Shown: positions 10,636 through 20,034, counted from the first letter of the stretch. The stretch is 64,000 nt of DNA from a virus (IMGVR_UViG_3300026549_000040:64001-128000); one strand, 5' to 3'. The notes: a model not told the origin generated them from the letters alone. A program made the numbers and translations.

Positions 10636-10893
10636 TTGGCACAAGTTTACGTTAAGAAGATTAATAAAAATGACTATCAATCACAGGCTGAATATAGAGA
10701 TGCTTGTGCTGATAATGTAGAAGCTGCAATAAAATTATTTAGAAAAAAAGTTGCTAACGAAGGTATTATGAAAGAAGTACAAGATAGAATGTACTACGTT
10801 AGCAAGGGTGAAAAAAGACGAAAAGCCGCTAAGATAGGCAGAAGAAAGCAGCTAAAGAAAATGTATCGTGATAGACGTTTTTATAAGGACTAA
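10636..10893 (+). CDS. rpsU: phage-encoded ribosomal protein bS21
   Basis: NVEAAIKLFRKKVANEGIMKEVQDRMYYVSKGEKRRK matches the bS21 signature; basic tail; TTG start after GAGAGGA. Confidence 0.85.
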   Translation: MAQVYVKKINKNDYQSQAEYRDACADNVEAAIKLFRKKVANEGIMKEVQDRMYYVSKGEKRRKAAKIGRRKQLKKMYRDRRFYKD

Positions 10894-10968
10894 AAGTAAT
10901 ATAGTATAACAGAGAGTTTACATAGAATTAGCAGTATTTATATTACTGTATAAGGACTATAAATTATA

Positions 10969-13900
10969 ATGTTAGAATCATTAAAACATGAAGATTTACA
11001 ATTTCAAGAATTAAGTCCAGAAGAAAAACAAGCTAGAGGTATATTAGCTAGATTATCAGGACCAATAGCTAGTTTTACAAAGGGCACTAGAAATGGACGT
11101 AAGTATTCAGATAAATTATGGGAAAAGGCATTTGATTCACCATTAGTTAAAGAAATGTTTTCTAATGGTGGTTTACCAGGTGAATTACAGCATCCTGCAG
11201 ATAGATCAGAAACTGATCCAACTAAAATTGCTATTATGATGCCAGAGCCTCCTAAGAAAGATTCAAACGGACACTTAGTTGCATCTGTTGATATATTAGA
11301 TACACCATGTGGACAGATTGCATATCAATTAGGAAAATATGGTTTTAAGTTTGGGATCAGTTCAAGAGGAGAAGGAGATCTTATACAAGATTTCTCAGGA
11401 GAAGAATCTGTAGATCCTGATACATATACATTAAATGCTTTTGACCTTGTATTAATTCCAGCATGTGAGGATGCAAGATTACAATTTACAGAAAGTTTAA
11501 ATTCAAAGACTTCTACCAATACAAATATTAGATCTATATTAAGTGAAGCTTTAAATAGTGCTTCTGATAAAGATAGAAAAATAATGGAAGAGGCTATTGA
11601 TGAATTAGATCTAAGTGATAACTATCAATTTGTAGAAACTTATAATGGTGAGGATATCTATTTTGATCCAGAAACTAAAAAGTATATTGTAGGTACGATT
11701 GATAATGAAACCGTATTAAATTCTATTAAAAATGCCAGAGAGTACATAGATAGATATTTAACAGAAGCTTCTAATGGGTCTAAAGAATTTGTAATAGAAT
11801 TTTTATATGATGAATATAATGATATGACAGATGAATCAGATCATAATCTATTAGGTCATATTAAAGTACGTGCTTCTTCTGAATCTGATGCTCTACAAAA
11901 AGCTAAAGAGTATTTATCTTCTACTGGTTATCATGATGCTTTGAATATAAGACATCTTAAAATAAGTAATGATAATTACTCAAATATTCCTTTAGTAGAA
12001 GAACAAGTTGGTAGAGAAGAAACAAAAGTTAATACAAAGCCAAGTGAGATTCTTCAAAATAAATCTGAAGATGATTCTGAAGACAATAAAGAAGAAGTAT
12101 CTAATAATATGAATCAAGTGGTAGCACAAGATGAAGAGGATAAAGATTTACTTGAAGAAGCATTAACTCCAGAAGAAAAGATGGATTTATGGCATGATGG
12201 TAAACGTCGTGAAAATATAAAAGCTTGTGGTGATAGAAAACTTGTTAAGTATAGACATATATGCTTACAAAATGGTTATGATAAAGAAGTAGAGATTATA
12301 GAAAAAGAGCTTGAAAAAAGAGGAATTCCAAAAGAGCTTTATGAATCTATGGATACTAGAGAAGATGATGAACCAAAGAGAGCTTCTTGGGATACTGATT
12401 TCCATAGATTAGACGTAGAGTATAATCATAATTTTAAACAATTTAAAGATATGGAAAAAGAAAGTGGTGTTATTAGAGACTTCATAGATGATTTAAAAGC
12501 CTCTGGAAAAGATTATGATATATATGAACACCATTCAGACCCAGGCTGTACTATATTCTTTAATGAATCTTTAACTAAATCTTTAACTGAGGATGAAGAT
12601 AACGAAGAGGATGATACAGATTTCTTTGCTCCATATTGGGAAGATTTAAATGGCACTGAACAAAGTGCAGCTGAAGCAGCATTAGCCGAAATTAAAAGAG
12701 GTTCATCTATAGAAGATGCAGTACATGGTGCAGTTACCATGTATAATGAAGCTAATGAAGATGACGAATATTCTGAAGAAGATTTCTTTATGGAAGAAGC
12801 CGATTATAAAAAAGTATTAGATTATGTTAAAGCTCATGAAAATGTAGATGAATCATTAACTGAGGCTAAAATGGGTATGTATTCCTATATTTATGGTGTT
12901 CATGCACACCCTAATGGAAACGATAGAATACTGGCTGGTTCCAGAGATCTAGATGAGATAACAAGATCTGGCATAAAACAGGCAAAGAAAATATTCAAAA
13001 ACCCATTTATGACAGATAAAGAGAAATATGATTATTTAGATACTATGTATATATCTAATGATGATACAGAAGAAATTGATGTTTCTCCTGAATTTGATGA
13101 TTATGTAGATGGTTTAATGTCAGAACTATCATCAAGGATAAATAAGAGTTCAAATAAATTTAATGAAGGTGCTATAACTCCTAAAAAGAAGATACCATTA
13201 ACTGCTAAAGAATTTAAATACACAATGTCTTATAATGGTGAATCATCTGATATAAATTCAGCTGTAGTTATTATTCCTAATGGCATTAAACTTGGTGATG
13301 GATCTTTTATGGATGCCGTAGTTCATTGTGAAGATACTAATGGAGAGGAAATAAATTTTAATTCTGTTAGTGAGGCACAAGATTGGATTGATACTTATGG
13401 TGATGATTGCCTTTATAGAATAGATAATGGTAATGAATTATATGCAACACCATCACAAGCATATGATATTGACAATAGTGAGGAATTAACTGAAGATAAA
13501 TACACTCGTGATGAGTTATTTGATAAATTTGGTACTGATAATTTAGATATTATCAATGCTGGAAATGAAGAAACTGTAGAACTTGCAGACGACAATGACG
13601 TGGCAATGGTAGAACAGCTTCAAAATATATTAAAACAAAATAAATCTTTAGAAGAAAAGGTAAAGACTCTTCAAGAAAAACTTTCAGTTGGCTATGCGAA
13701 GGAAATGGAATTAAAAGAAGAGATTGATACTTATAAACAAAAAGTATCTAAGTTATCTAAGAAAACTAAAGAGATAAAAGTTTTAACTGAGAAATTATCT
13801 AACGCTGAGAGGAAGATGAAAGATGCTAATTCTCAAGCAGATGGTAAAATCTCAACTCTTAATGAATCTATATCTGCTAAAGATTATGAGAATAAAGGTC

Positions 13901-14424
13901 TTAAAAAAGATATTTCTTCTTTAAAAGAATCGTTAAGCAAGAAAGATTCGTTAATAAAATCTTTAGACGAGCAATTAGGCAAGTATAAAGATAAATTAAA
14001 TTCTAAACAAGATGACATAGAACAATTAAAAGAACAATATGAAACTGGTCAGAAAGATTTAGAACAATTAAAAAATCAATACGCTAAAAAAGTAGAACAA
14101 CAAAATCAGATCATAGAAAAATATCAAAGAGTAGCAAAAAATTCTGTAAAAAGATATATAGAATCACAGGCGGTTAGACTTGGTGTAAAATCCGATGAAA
14201 TCGTAAATAGGTTACCTAAAAACTATTCTTTCAATGATATAGATACAATATGTGAAGATTTACAAGAGTATAAGTTCAATATGAGTAATTTACCGTTTAG
14301 CCAATATGGTTTAAACGAAGGATTAAAAGTTACCGCAAAAAATGTAAGTAACGGTTTGGTAGAGGCAAACCCAGATGATGAAATCACAGAATATGACTTA
14401 AAGATAGCGGAGGCATTTTTATAA
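10969..14424 (+). CDS. prohead protease (T4 gp21-like) fused to a modular middle region and a C-terminal coiled-coil scaffold
   Basis: RNGRKYS, GELQHP, GISSRG, AFDLVLIP motifs in first ~175 aa; heptad coiled coil after ~13600; upstream of MCP. Confidence 0.88.
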   Translation: MLESLKHEDLQFQELSPEEKQARGILARLSGPIASFTKGTRNGRKYSDKLWEKAFDSPLVKEMFSNGGLPGELQHPADRSETDPTKIAIMMPEPPKKDSNGHLVASVDILDTPCGQIAYQLGKYGFKFGISSRGEGDLIQDFSGEESVDPDTYTLNAFDLVLIPACEDARLQFTESLNSKTSTNTNIRSILSEALNSASDKDRKIMEEAIDELDLSDNYQFVETYNGEDIYFDPETKKYIVGTIDNETVLNSIKNAREYIDRYLTEASNGSKEFVIEFLYDEYNDMTDESDHNLLGHIKVRASSESDALQKAKEYLSSTGYHDALNIRHLKISNDNYSNIPLVEEQVGREETKVNTKPSEILQNKSEDDSEDNKEEVSNNMNQVVAQDEEDKDLLEEALTPEEKMDLWHDGKRRENIKACGDRKLVKYRHICLQNGYDKEVEIIEKELEKRGIPKELYESMDTREDDEPKRASWDTDFHRLDVEYNHNFKQFKDMEKESGVIRDFIDDLKASGKDYDIYEHHSDPGCTIFFNESLTKSLTEDEDNEEDDTDFFAPYWEDLNGTEQSAAEAALAEIKRGSSIEDAVHGAVTMYNEANEDDEYSEEDFFMEEADYKKVLDYVKAHENVDESLTEAKMGMYSYIYGVHAHPNGNDRILAGSRDLDEITRSGIKQAKKIFKNPFMTDKEKYDYLDTMYISNDDTEEIDVSPEFDDYVDGLMSELSSRINKSSNKFNEGAITPKKKIPLTAKEFKYTMSYNGESSDINSAVVIIPNGIKLGDGSFMDAVVHCEDTNGEEINFNSVSEAQDWIDTYGDDCLYRIDNGNELYATPSQAYDIDNSEELTEDKYTRDELFDKFGTDNLDIINAGNEETVELADDNDVAMVEQLQNILKQNKSLEEKVKTLQEKLSVGYAKEMELKEEIDTYKQKVSKLSKKTKEIKVLTEKLSNAERKMKDANSQADGKISTLNESISAKDYENKGLKKDISSLKESLSKKDSLIKSLDEQLGKYKDKLNSKQDDIEQLKEQYETGQKDLEQLKNQYAKKVEQQNQIIEKYQRVAKNSVKRYIESQAVRLGVKSDEIVNRLPKNYSFNDIDTICEDLQEYKFNMSNLPFSQYGLNEGLKVTAKNVSNGLVEANPDDEITEYDLKIAEAFL

Positions 14425-14475
14425 AATTACACATGATTGACAATTTAATAATATAAATAAAGGAAGTTAAATATA

Positions 14476-15810
14476 ATGGCTAATAGATTATTAGAAAAAT
14501 ATTCAAAGAAGATACAGTTAGCAGAAGCTGTATATAAGAAAAGACATCAAGGCGAGCCGATGGACAGCATGAGAAAGATCACTGTTGCTAAGTGTCTTGA
14601 TAATGTTAATAAGTTCCTCAATGAGGCTTTTGATTCTTCAATGGGTACTCAGAGAAGTGCAATGGGAGATTATAAGAGATTTTGTATTGCGTTAACTAAT
14701 GTTGGTCTTCCTAACTTAATCGCTTTTGATTTAGTTCACGTTTCACCGATGAGCTCAATGTATGGTAATGTAGCCTATATTGAATATGTCAAAGGAACAA
14801 CCAAGGGTGAGTCAAAAGAAGGCGATTTCACTAATGGTGTATGGTCGTTAGGTGATGTAGATGTTAACTACACTGGTCAGGCAGTTGTAGAGCCAGTTGA
14901 AAGTTTCACTTCTGAAACTACTGCAGTTGCTTTTAAGCAAGGTGCTAAAGCTGTTCGTCTGTTAGATGCTAATGGCGTTCAAGTTGATGATGCTGATGGT
15001 GAACATCCAGCTACAGTTAATGCTGATACTGGTGTTGTTACACAGACTTCTTTCAAGACAGGTAAGAGTGCTAGCGATGTTAAGAAGATTGCTTATGTCT
15101 ATGATAATGTAGTTATTCCTCAGGAAACTCTTCCAACATTAAAAGCTGAATTAAAGAATATTGGTCTTGAAGCTAGAGCTAGAAGAATCGCTGTATTCTA
15201 TAGTCAGATGGCTGCTTTCCAAGCTAAGACTGATTATGGTTTTGATTTAGCTGACGGTCTTGCTGAACAGGCTGTTGGTCAGTTATCTTATGAGATTGAT
15301 ACTGAGATTTGCAATATGTTAATCGATGCTGCTAGCCCAGTTGCTGGTATCGAAGACTTTAGTAAAACTCTTCCTGTAGGTGTTAACCTTGCAGACCACT
15401 ACGCTGCGTTTGCTGCTAAGTTAGAAGAGTACAAGATGGCATTATATGACAGAACTAAGAAGTTTGTTCCTAACTTTATGTTAGTTGCTTCTGATGTTAT
15501 GCCTGTAATTCAGTTTGTACCTGGATTCCAAGCTGCTACAGTTTCAGACATTAATGGTCCATACTTTGCTGGTACATTAGCTGGTCTTAAAGTATTCGTA
15601 ACTCCGAATATCGATCCTGGTAAGATGATATTTGGTGTTAACCAAGGTGCTATGCAGGCTGCTGCTGGTATTTATGCCCCGTATATGCCTGTTGTTCCGA
15701 CTCAACTTCTTGGATTTGCTGATGGTGGAATGAGTCAGGGCTGGTCAACGATGTATGACTGCAAGATCTTAAATGCGGATCTGTTAATTTCAGCTAACAT
15801 TGTTGCTTAA
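14476..15810 (+). CDS. major capsid protein (T4 gp23-like)
   Basis: DLVHVSPMS, EARARRI, LSYEIDTEI, GIYAPYMP motifs; biased codon usage; terminator follows. Confidence 0.92.
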   Translation: MANRLLEKYSKKIQLAEAVYKKRHQGEPMDSMRKITVAKCLDNVNKFLNEAFDSSMGTQRSAMGDYKRFCIALTNVGLPNLIAFDLVHVSPMSSMYGNVAYIEYVKGTTKGESKEGDFTNGVWSLGDVDVNYTGQAVVEPVESFTSETTAVAFKQGAKAVRLLDANGVQVDDADGEHPATVNADTGVVTQTSFKTGKSASDVKKIAYVYDNVVIPQETLPTLKAELKNIGLEARARRIAVFYSQMAAFQAKTDYGFDLADGLAEQAVGQLSYEIDTEICNMLIDAASPVAGIEDFSKTLPVGVNLADHYAAFAAKLEEYKMALYDRTKKFVPNFMLVASDVMPVIQFVPGFQAATVSDINGPYFAGTLAGLKVFVTPNIDPGKMIFGVNQGAMQAAAGIYAPYMPVVPTQLLGFADGGMSQGWSTMYDCKILNADLLISANIVA

Positions 15811-15845
15811 TTAGTTAGTAGATATTATTAATATGATATCGTATT

Positions 15846-15874
15846 GGGGGTGAATATTTTTTCATCCCCTTTTT
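15846..15874 (+). terminator. rho-independent terminator after MCP
   Basis: GGGGGTGAA-tatttt-TTCATCCCC followed by TTTTT. Confidence 0.85.
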
Positions 15875-15882
15875 ATTAAACA

Positions 15883-15911
15883 TTTACAATCATATAGATA
15901 TGTAATATAAT
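15883..15911 (+). promoter_or_regulatory. sigmaA-type promoter TTTACA-17-TATAAT
   Basis: Near-consensus hexamers, 17-nt spacer. Confidence 0.75.
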
Positions 15912-16073
15912 AAATATTATATAGTTACATTATTTATATATGATATGTAGGAGATTTATTCTCAGAAGCCGTCAAAATGTTTATGAAGTCAACGAGTATG
16001 AAGCAGTTGTATATTGGAAACAATTCAATTTGCGAATCGTTGACGCCAATTTATGAAAAGGAGGTAAAGTGAC

Positions 16074-16268
16074 ATGGAAAGAAATACGATGGAGAAAAAA
16101 TTTGCAAAGGCTTTATTTAAGTATTCGTTTGGAAAAGTATCCGTGGACGAAGCAGAAAAGATTGCGCCGTCTTTTGTTAGCAAGTTTCTCAAAGGTTGCG
16201 AGTCCTCCCATACATTAGCGCACAAGGGACTTGATTGGTACGCCAAAGAAGTAGCAAAGAATATGTAA
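16074..16268 (+). CDS. small hypothetical protein in a compositionally foreign segment
   Basis: AAGGAGGT RBS, own terminator, GC/CpG-richer codons than neighbours. Confidence 0.75.
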   Translation: MERNTMEKKFAKALFKYSFGKVSVDEAEKIAPSFVSKFLKGCESSHTLAHKGLDWYAKEVAKNM

Positions 16269-16282
16269 AGAAAGTTTGAAAC

Positions 16283-16313
16283 CACAAAAGCCCGCCGAAG
16301 CGGGCTTTTTGTG
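16283..16313 (+). terminator. rho-independent (bidirectional-type) terminator
   Basis: AAAAGCCCGC-CGAA-GCGGGCTTTTT. Confidence 0.9.
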
Positions 16314-16351
16314 TGCGATAAAAATAATCAGATTTGCAATTATTTAAGGAC

Positions 16352-16402
16352 TAAATGCAACACCCATCTATTTAAAGAGTAAATGCAACAAAAATTGCAT
16401 TT
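16352..16402. promoter_or_regulatory. repeated operator-like motif TAAATGCAACA x2 plus inverted TTGCATTT
   Basis: Copies at 16352-16362 and 16380-16390; inverted half at 16395-16402. Confidence 0.45.
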
Positions 16403-16455
16403 TCTTCTTTAATTCACGAATAAGCTTAGACTTTTTTATTTTTTTAATTTAACTA

Positions 16456-16484
16456 TTTACAAATGGGTATAGGTATGTTATTAT
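16456..16484 (+). promoter_or_regulatory. sigmaA-type promoter TTTACA-17-TATTAT with extended -10 TG
   Basis: Upstream of the AAGGAGGT RBS of the gene at 16525. Confidence 0.7.
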
Positions 16485-16524
16485 AATTATAGGAAAGGGG
16501 AGTTATTAAAAAGGAGGTAAGGAC

Positions 16525-17049
16525 ATGGAATTCAAGAGTGGAATGAAAGTTCAATCAGAAGTGATATTGATTGAATCTATCACATACGGTTCAGAACCAA
16601 AGCATTACTACGACGATGGCATTAGACATATCTATAAATTTATGGATAAAGACGATAATGTGTTTACTTGGTTCACCACAAAAGTATTAGGATTTGACTT
16701 TGTAACTTCACGGGGAAATGTTGACTTTGAATTCATTAATGAAGGTGATAAAATGGAAATTCGTGGTACTATTAAGTCAATAGGTGAATATAAAGGCGAA
16801 CCCCAGATCATTATAACCAGAGTTAAAGTAACTAATGTTAATAAGTCCAATCTTAGTGAAGATAAAATAAACGAATTAAAGCGTATTGTTCAGTTAGCAA
16901 AATATGATAGAATGCCTGGAGTATACAAGGTTATTAATGTTTCTTATAGAGAATATAAAGAAAAGTATAAAGAGTATGAAGTAGTACATGGTAGTTTTAA
17001 GAGAACTGATCATGGTAGCTATGTTGATATTATTATTTATAGGGGGTGA
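16525..17049 (+). CDS. hypothetical protein, probable OB-fold
   Basis: YKFMD...FTWFT...GDKMEIRGTIK...EYKGEPQIIITRVK beta-barrel pattern. Confidence 0.6.
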   Translation: MEFKSGMKVQSEVILIESITYGSEPKHYYDDGIRHIYKFMDKDDNVFTWFTTKVLGFDFVTSRGNVDFEFINEGDKMEIRGTIKSIGEYKGEPQIIITRVKVTNVNKSNLSEDKINELKRIVQLAKYDRMPGVYKVINVSYREYKEKYKEYEVVHGSFKRTDHGSYVDIIIYRG

Positions 17050-17249
17050 TTAATATGACAACCTTAACAGAAAGAGCTAATATGCACATCTGCTGTATTT
17101 GTGGAAAAGAATATAATGGTCATGGTAATAATCCATACCCTATTGGTTGGGATATCTATTCAGAAGATGATAGATGTTGTGATGAATGTAATAGAAAATA
17201 TGTTATACCAGCTAGAATTGCAGAATTGTACTCTGGGAAGAGGAGGTGA
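17046..17249 (+). CDS. small zinc-binding phage protein
   Basis: CCICG...GNNPYP...RCCDECN...VIPAR. Confidence 0.7.
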   Translation: MINMTTLTERANMHICCICGKEYNGHGNNPYPIGWDIYSEDDRCCDECNRKYVIPARIAELYSGKRR

Positions 17250-17818
17250 TTTGTATGAGAGAGTTATTATTCTATCCGGCATTTAAAAGATCTGACAATG
17301 GCGAGTATATTCCACTAGTTTATAATTATAAAGGAAAACCTTCACAAATTTTTTGGAAGAGTCAGAGTTTTATTGATATAGATTATTTTATAGAGAAGTT
17401 TCCTATGGTAAAAAGAGAAAATCTTATAAACAGTGATTTTAAAGATTTAGTCTTTACACTTGATGATGATCGTAAAGATGGTCCTTCATACGTGTATGAA
17501 ATAACAGAAAAAGATCTTATTCAAGAATCTAAAGATATGGGCATAGTTTCTGGATATTGCCCAAAAGAAGAAGTTAAACTGTATTACGAAGTTGATAATC
17601 CCCAAGAGTATCTATATTGGGAAATGAGTAAACCTATAAGGGCAGATTTTATAGCAGAGTTATCCGAAGAAGAAAGAAGTAAGTATATGAAATTTTATAC
17701 TGTAGATATGTATAGCTCAAGTTATGTATGTAATATATTGTATGAGACTCTAGATAGATTGGATATACCCTGGGATATAGATGGAGAATCATGTATACTA
17801 ATTAACTATTCTTTTTAA
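17246..17818 (+). CDS. hypothetical protein
   Basis: 190 aa ORF; GAGGAGG RBS favours the ATG slightly downstream of the listed start. Confidence 0.65.
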   Translation: MICMRELLFYPAFKRSDNGEYIPLVYNYKGKPSQIFWKSQSFIDIDYFIEKFPMVKRENLINSDFKDLVFTLDDDRKDGPSYVYEITEKDLIQESKDMGIVSGYCPKEEVKLYYEVDNPQEYLYWEMSKPIRADFIAELSEEERSKYMKFYTVDMYSSSYVCNILYETLDRLDIPWDIDGESCILINYSF

Positions 17819-17825
17819 GATAATG

Positions 17826-17854
17826 TTTACATTATGCATAATGTAATATATAAT
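17826..17854 (+). promoter_or_regulatory. sigmaA promoter TTTACA-17-TATAAT overlapped by perfect 20-bp palindrome TTACATTATGCATAATGTAA
   Basis: Palindrome at 17827-17846, directly upstream of the HTH gene. Confidence 0.8.
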
Positions 17855-17897
17855 AAATTTGTACTTAATAAAACTAATTGTTGAGAGGAGAAAAATT

Positions 17898-18251
17898 ATG
17901 ACAAAGAAGGAACTTATTAATTCATCAGATTATGTAGTTGATAAGGCTGTTAAGATCGCTGGTACTAACTATGACAGACGCAGAAAAGTTACAAAATCTA
18001 TGAAGAGAAGAATGAATCAGATGTACGAAGCTGGTAAAAGTATTTATTCCATCTCAGAGCATTTTAATGTTTCTTATGACTCTGTAAAGAGAGCTGTCAA
18101 TAGTATGTTTAATGAAGCTGAAAAAGCAAGGAAAAGGGAAGTAAATAAGAAGCATGGCCCATATACGGATTACGATCCATCAAATCTTTCTAACAGAGCT
18201 AACTATAAAAGACAGCTGCTTATGGAAAATAAGCGTTTAGTTATTTCATAA
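17898..18251 (+). CDS. helix-turn-helix DNA-binding protein
   Basis: MYEAGKSIYSISEHFNVSYDSVKRAV HTH; GAGGAG RBS supports ATG at 17898. Confidence 0.75.
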   Translation: MTKKELINSSDYVVDKAVKIAGTNYDRRRKVTKSMKRRMNQMYEAGKSIYSISEHFNVSYDSVKRAVNSMFNEAEKARKREVNKKHGPYTDYDPSNLSNRANYKRQLLMENKRLVIS

Positions 18252-18281
18252 TATAAAGGGATTATATATAATCCCTTTATA
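18252..18281. terminator. perfect 30-bp palindrome/hairpin after HTH gene
   Basis: TATAAAGGGATTATA/TATAATCCCTTTATA, T-rich downstream. Confidence 0.6.
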
Positions 18282-18323
18282 CCTTTTATATTTAGATTAA
18301 TGTGAGTATTTAGGAGGTATGGT

Positions 18324-18758
18324 ATGAACATTAACTATTATGCAGGGAAGATCATTTATTATATCAAGAGATTCGTAATTGTGGTTTTTAATATTAAAAC
18401 TTATGAAACAGAAGTAGAAAGACTTAACAATCTGAGGAAGATAGATAAAGAAATGATGGAGCTGTATGAAGAGACTATTTCATACTATTCCAGAGAGCTA
18501 AAAGAACTTGAGCATATTTGTAAAGAACCTTTATCTGTTGTAGAGGCTGTTGATAGAATAAAGCATAGTTCATATGCACAAGGACGCAAAGATGCCTATT
18601 CACAAATGGGTATAAAAGCACTTAATGCAAGGGTAGATGGTAATACATTGTTAGTTGATGAAGAAGGAAAACTTATAGAAGTAATCACAACACCAACACT
18701 TGAAGAAGTGTGTATGGATGAAGGAATTGATATTAATGAATTGGAGAATGTATCATAA
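18324..18758 (+). CDS. hypothetical protein
   Basis: AGGAGGT RBS, 144 aa. Confidence 0.65.
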   Translation: MNINYYAGKIIYYIKRFVIVVFNIKTYETEVERLNNLRKIDKEMMELYEETISYYSRELKELEHICKEPLSVVEAVDRIKHSSYAQGRKDAYSQMGIKALNARVDGNTLLVDEEGKLIEVITTPTLEEVCMDEGIDINELENVS

Positions 18759-19673
18759 ATGAAATTAGAAAATTTAGAAGTATTTAATTTTAAGGGTGCT
18801 TTTAGAGGCATGCGTAATCCTATGAATAGCTGGGATAGAAGTGACAGTTATTTTGGTTTGGCAAATTTTGATTATGATAATCCGATATCTAAGCTATCAA
18901 ATAAGTGGGTTGAAAATGAAAATAAAATAAGAGAAATAACAGGGAAGAATGTATTTGAAAAAGGTACAGAAAAATATTATGAAGTATGGTCAAAATATTA
19001 TGATTGGTTAGAAGGATATAGTAAATTAAATGTAGATAGTTATACTACTGAACTTATATGTATTGGGCCTGAAGATATGAAATTAGCTCAGAGGTTGATA
19101 AGATCTGGAAGTGAACATCGTAAATTTTTAAGACAGATTATTATTTGTTTTGATCTTGAAGCCCCATTATATTTCTGGAAAGAATTTGATACCTATAAAG
19201 TAGGTACAGCATCGAATTCTACTTCAACAATGCATAAATTAGCTTCTACACCAATAACATTAGATTGTTTTGAAACAGATGATTATGAACCTAATTTAAT
19301 CTATCTTACTGGTGTAGATGATAGTGGAGATAATATGTTTTCATATCAGTTGACAGTTAGAGATATTGTTGAATCTCAAGGTATGAATACATATGATGAA
19401 CCTACAATTATTCAATTTCTTGAAGAACTTCGTGTAAAATATAATAAAACTAAATATAAAAAATATTGGAAAGAACTAATAAGATGGTTACCTGAAAGTT
19501 GGTTACAGAAAAGAACTATAACTATGAATTATGAAACAGCTTTTAATATTATACATCAGAGAAAAAATCATAAACTTTCAGAGTGGCACTATCTAATAGA
19601 TAAATTTAAAGAACTATTACCATACGCTAATGAACTATTGTTTATTGAAGAACAGGATGTAAAACTGCCATAG
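18759..19673 (+). CDS. ThyX-like (FAD-dependent thymidylate synthase-like) protein
   Basis: RGMRNPMNSW, HRKFLRQI, APLYFWKEFDTYKVGT..NSTSTMH, QRKNHKLSEW motifs of the phage Thy1-like family. Confidence 0.7.
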   Translation: MKLENLEVFNFKGAFRGMRNPMNSWDRSDSYFGLANFDYDNPISKLSNKWVENENKIREITGKNVFEKGTEKYYEVWSKYYDWLEGYSKLNVDSYTTELICIGPEDMKLAQRLIRSGSEHRKFLRQIIICFDLEAPLYFWKEFDTYKVGTASNSTSTMHKLASTPITLDCFETDDYEPNLIYLTGVDDSGDNMFSYQLTVRDIVESQGMNTYDEPTIIQFLEELRVKYNKTKYKKYWKELIRWLPESWLQKRTITMNYETAFNIIHQRKNHKLSEWHYLIDKFKELLPYANELLFIEEQDVKLP

Positions 19674-19698
19674 GTATTTATTAAGAGGATTTTTAATT

Positions 19699-20034
19699 AT
19701 GTTAGAAGATAGTCATGTGCAATTTATATCTTATACTGGTAAATATCCAAATCTTTGTAGTGGTATCTTAACTTTAAAAATTGATAATAAAGAAGTTTCT
19801 TTTGGCAAAGATTACTCATTACCAGATTCTGAAAATAAATCAAATTTTAATTCTTTTTGGTCTTCTGGTGGTGGGTGTAGTTTTAACGATGATTGGACAG
19901 AATCTTTCGTTAATCGTGATGAGTGGATTATTTATGAAGATGATCTTCCAGAAGAGTATCAGAAGTATGCAGAAGAGATTGAAGAAGTTTTTAATGAAAA
20001 CGTGAAACATGGATGCTGTGGTGGATGTCTTTAA
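19699..20034 (+). CDS. conserved hypothetical phage protein
   Basis: SYTGKYPNLCSG...FWSSGG...GCCGGCL. Confidence 0.65.
   Translation: MLEDSHVQFISYTGKYPNLCSGILTLKIDNKEVSFGKDYSLPDSENKSNFNSFWSSGGGCSFNDDWTESFVNRDEWIIYEDDLPEEYQKYAEEIEEVFNENVKHGCCGGCL

Noticed and set aside
5657-15810. Inteins or introns in TerL, portal, protease or MCP
   Set aside because: No C...HN intein ends or LAGLIDADG/HNH motifs seen; ORFs uninterrupted; the protease insert does not resemble an intein
15811-16524. tRNA genes in the larger intergenic gaps (also 38808-39016)
   Set aside because: No cloverleaf or TTCGA T-loop pattern recognised by eye
18759-18780. MKLENLE at the ThyX-like N-terminus as a capsid-targeting leader
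   Set aside because: Early-island metabolic gene; likely chance, and a reminder that LxE alone is weak evidence
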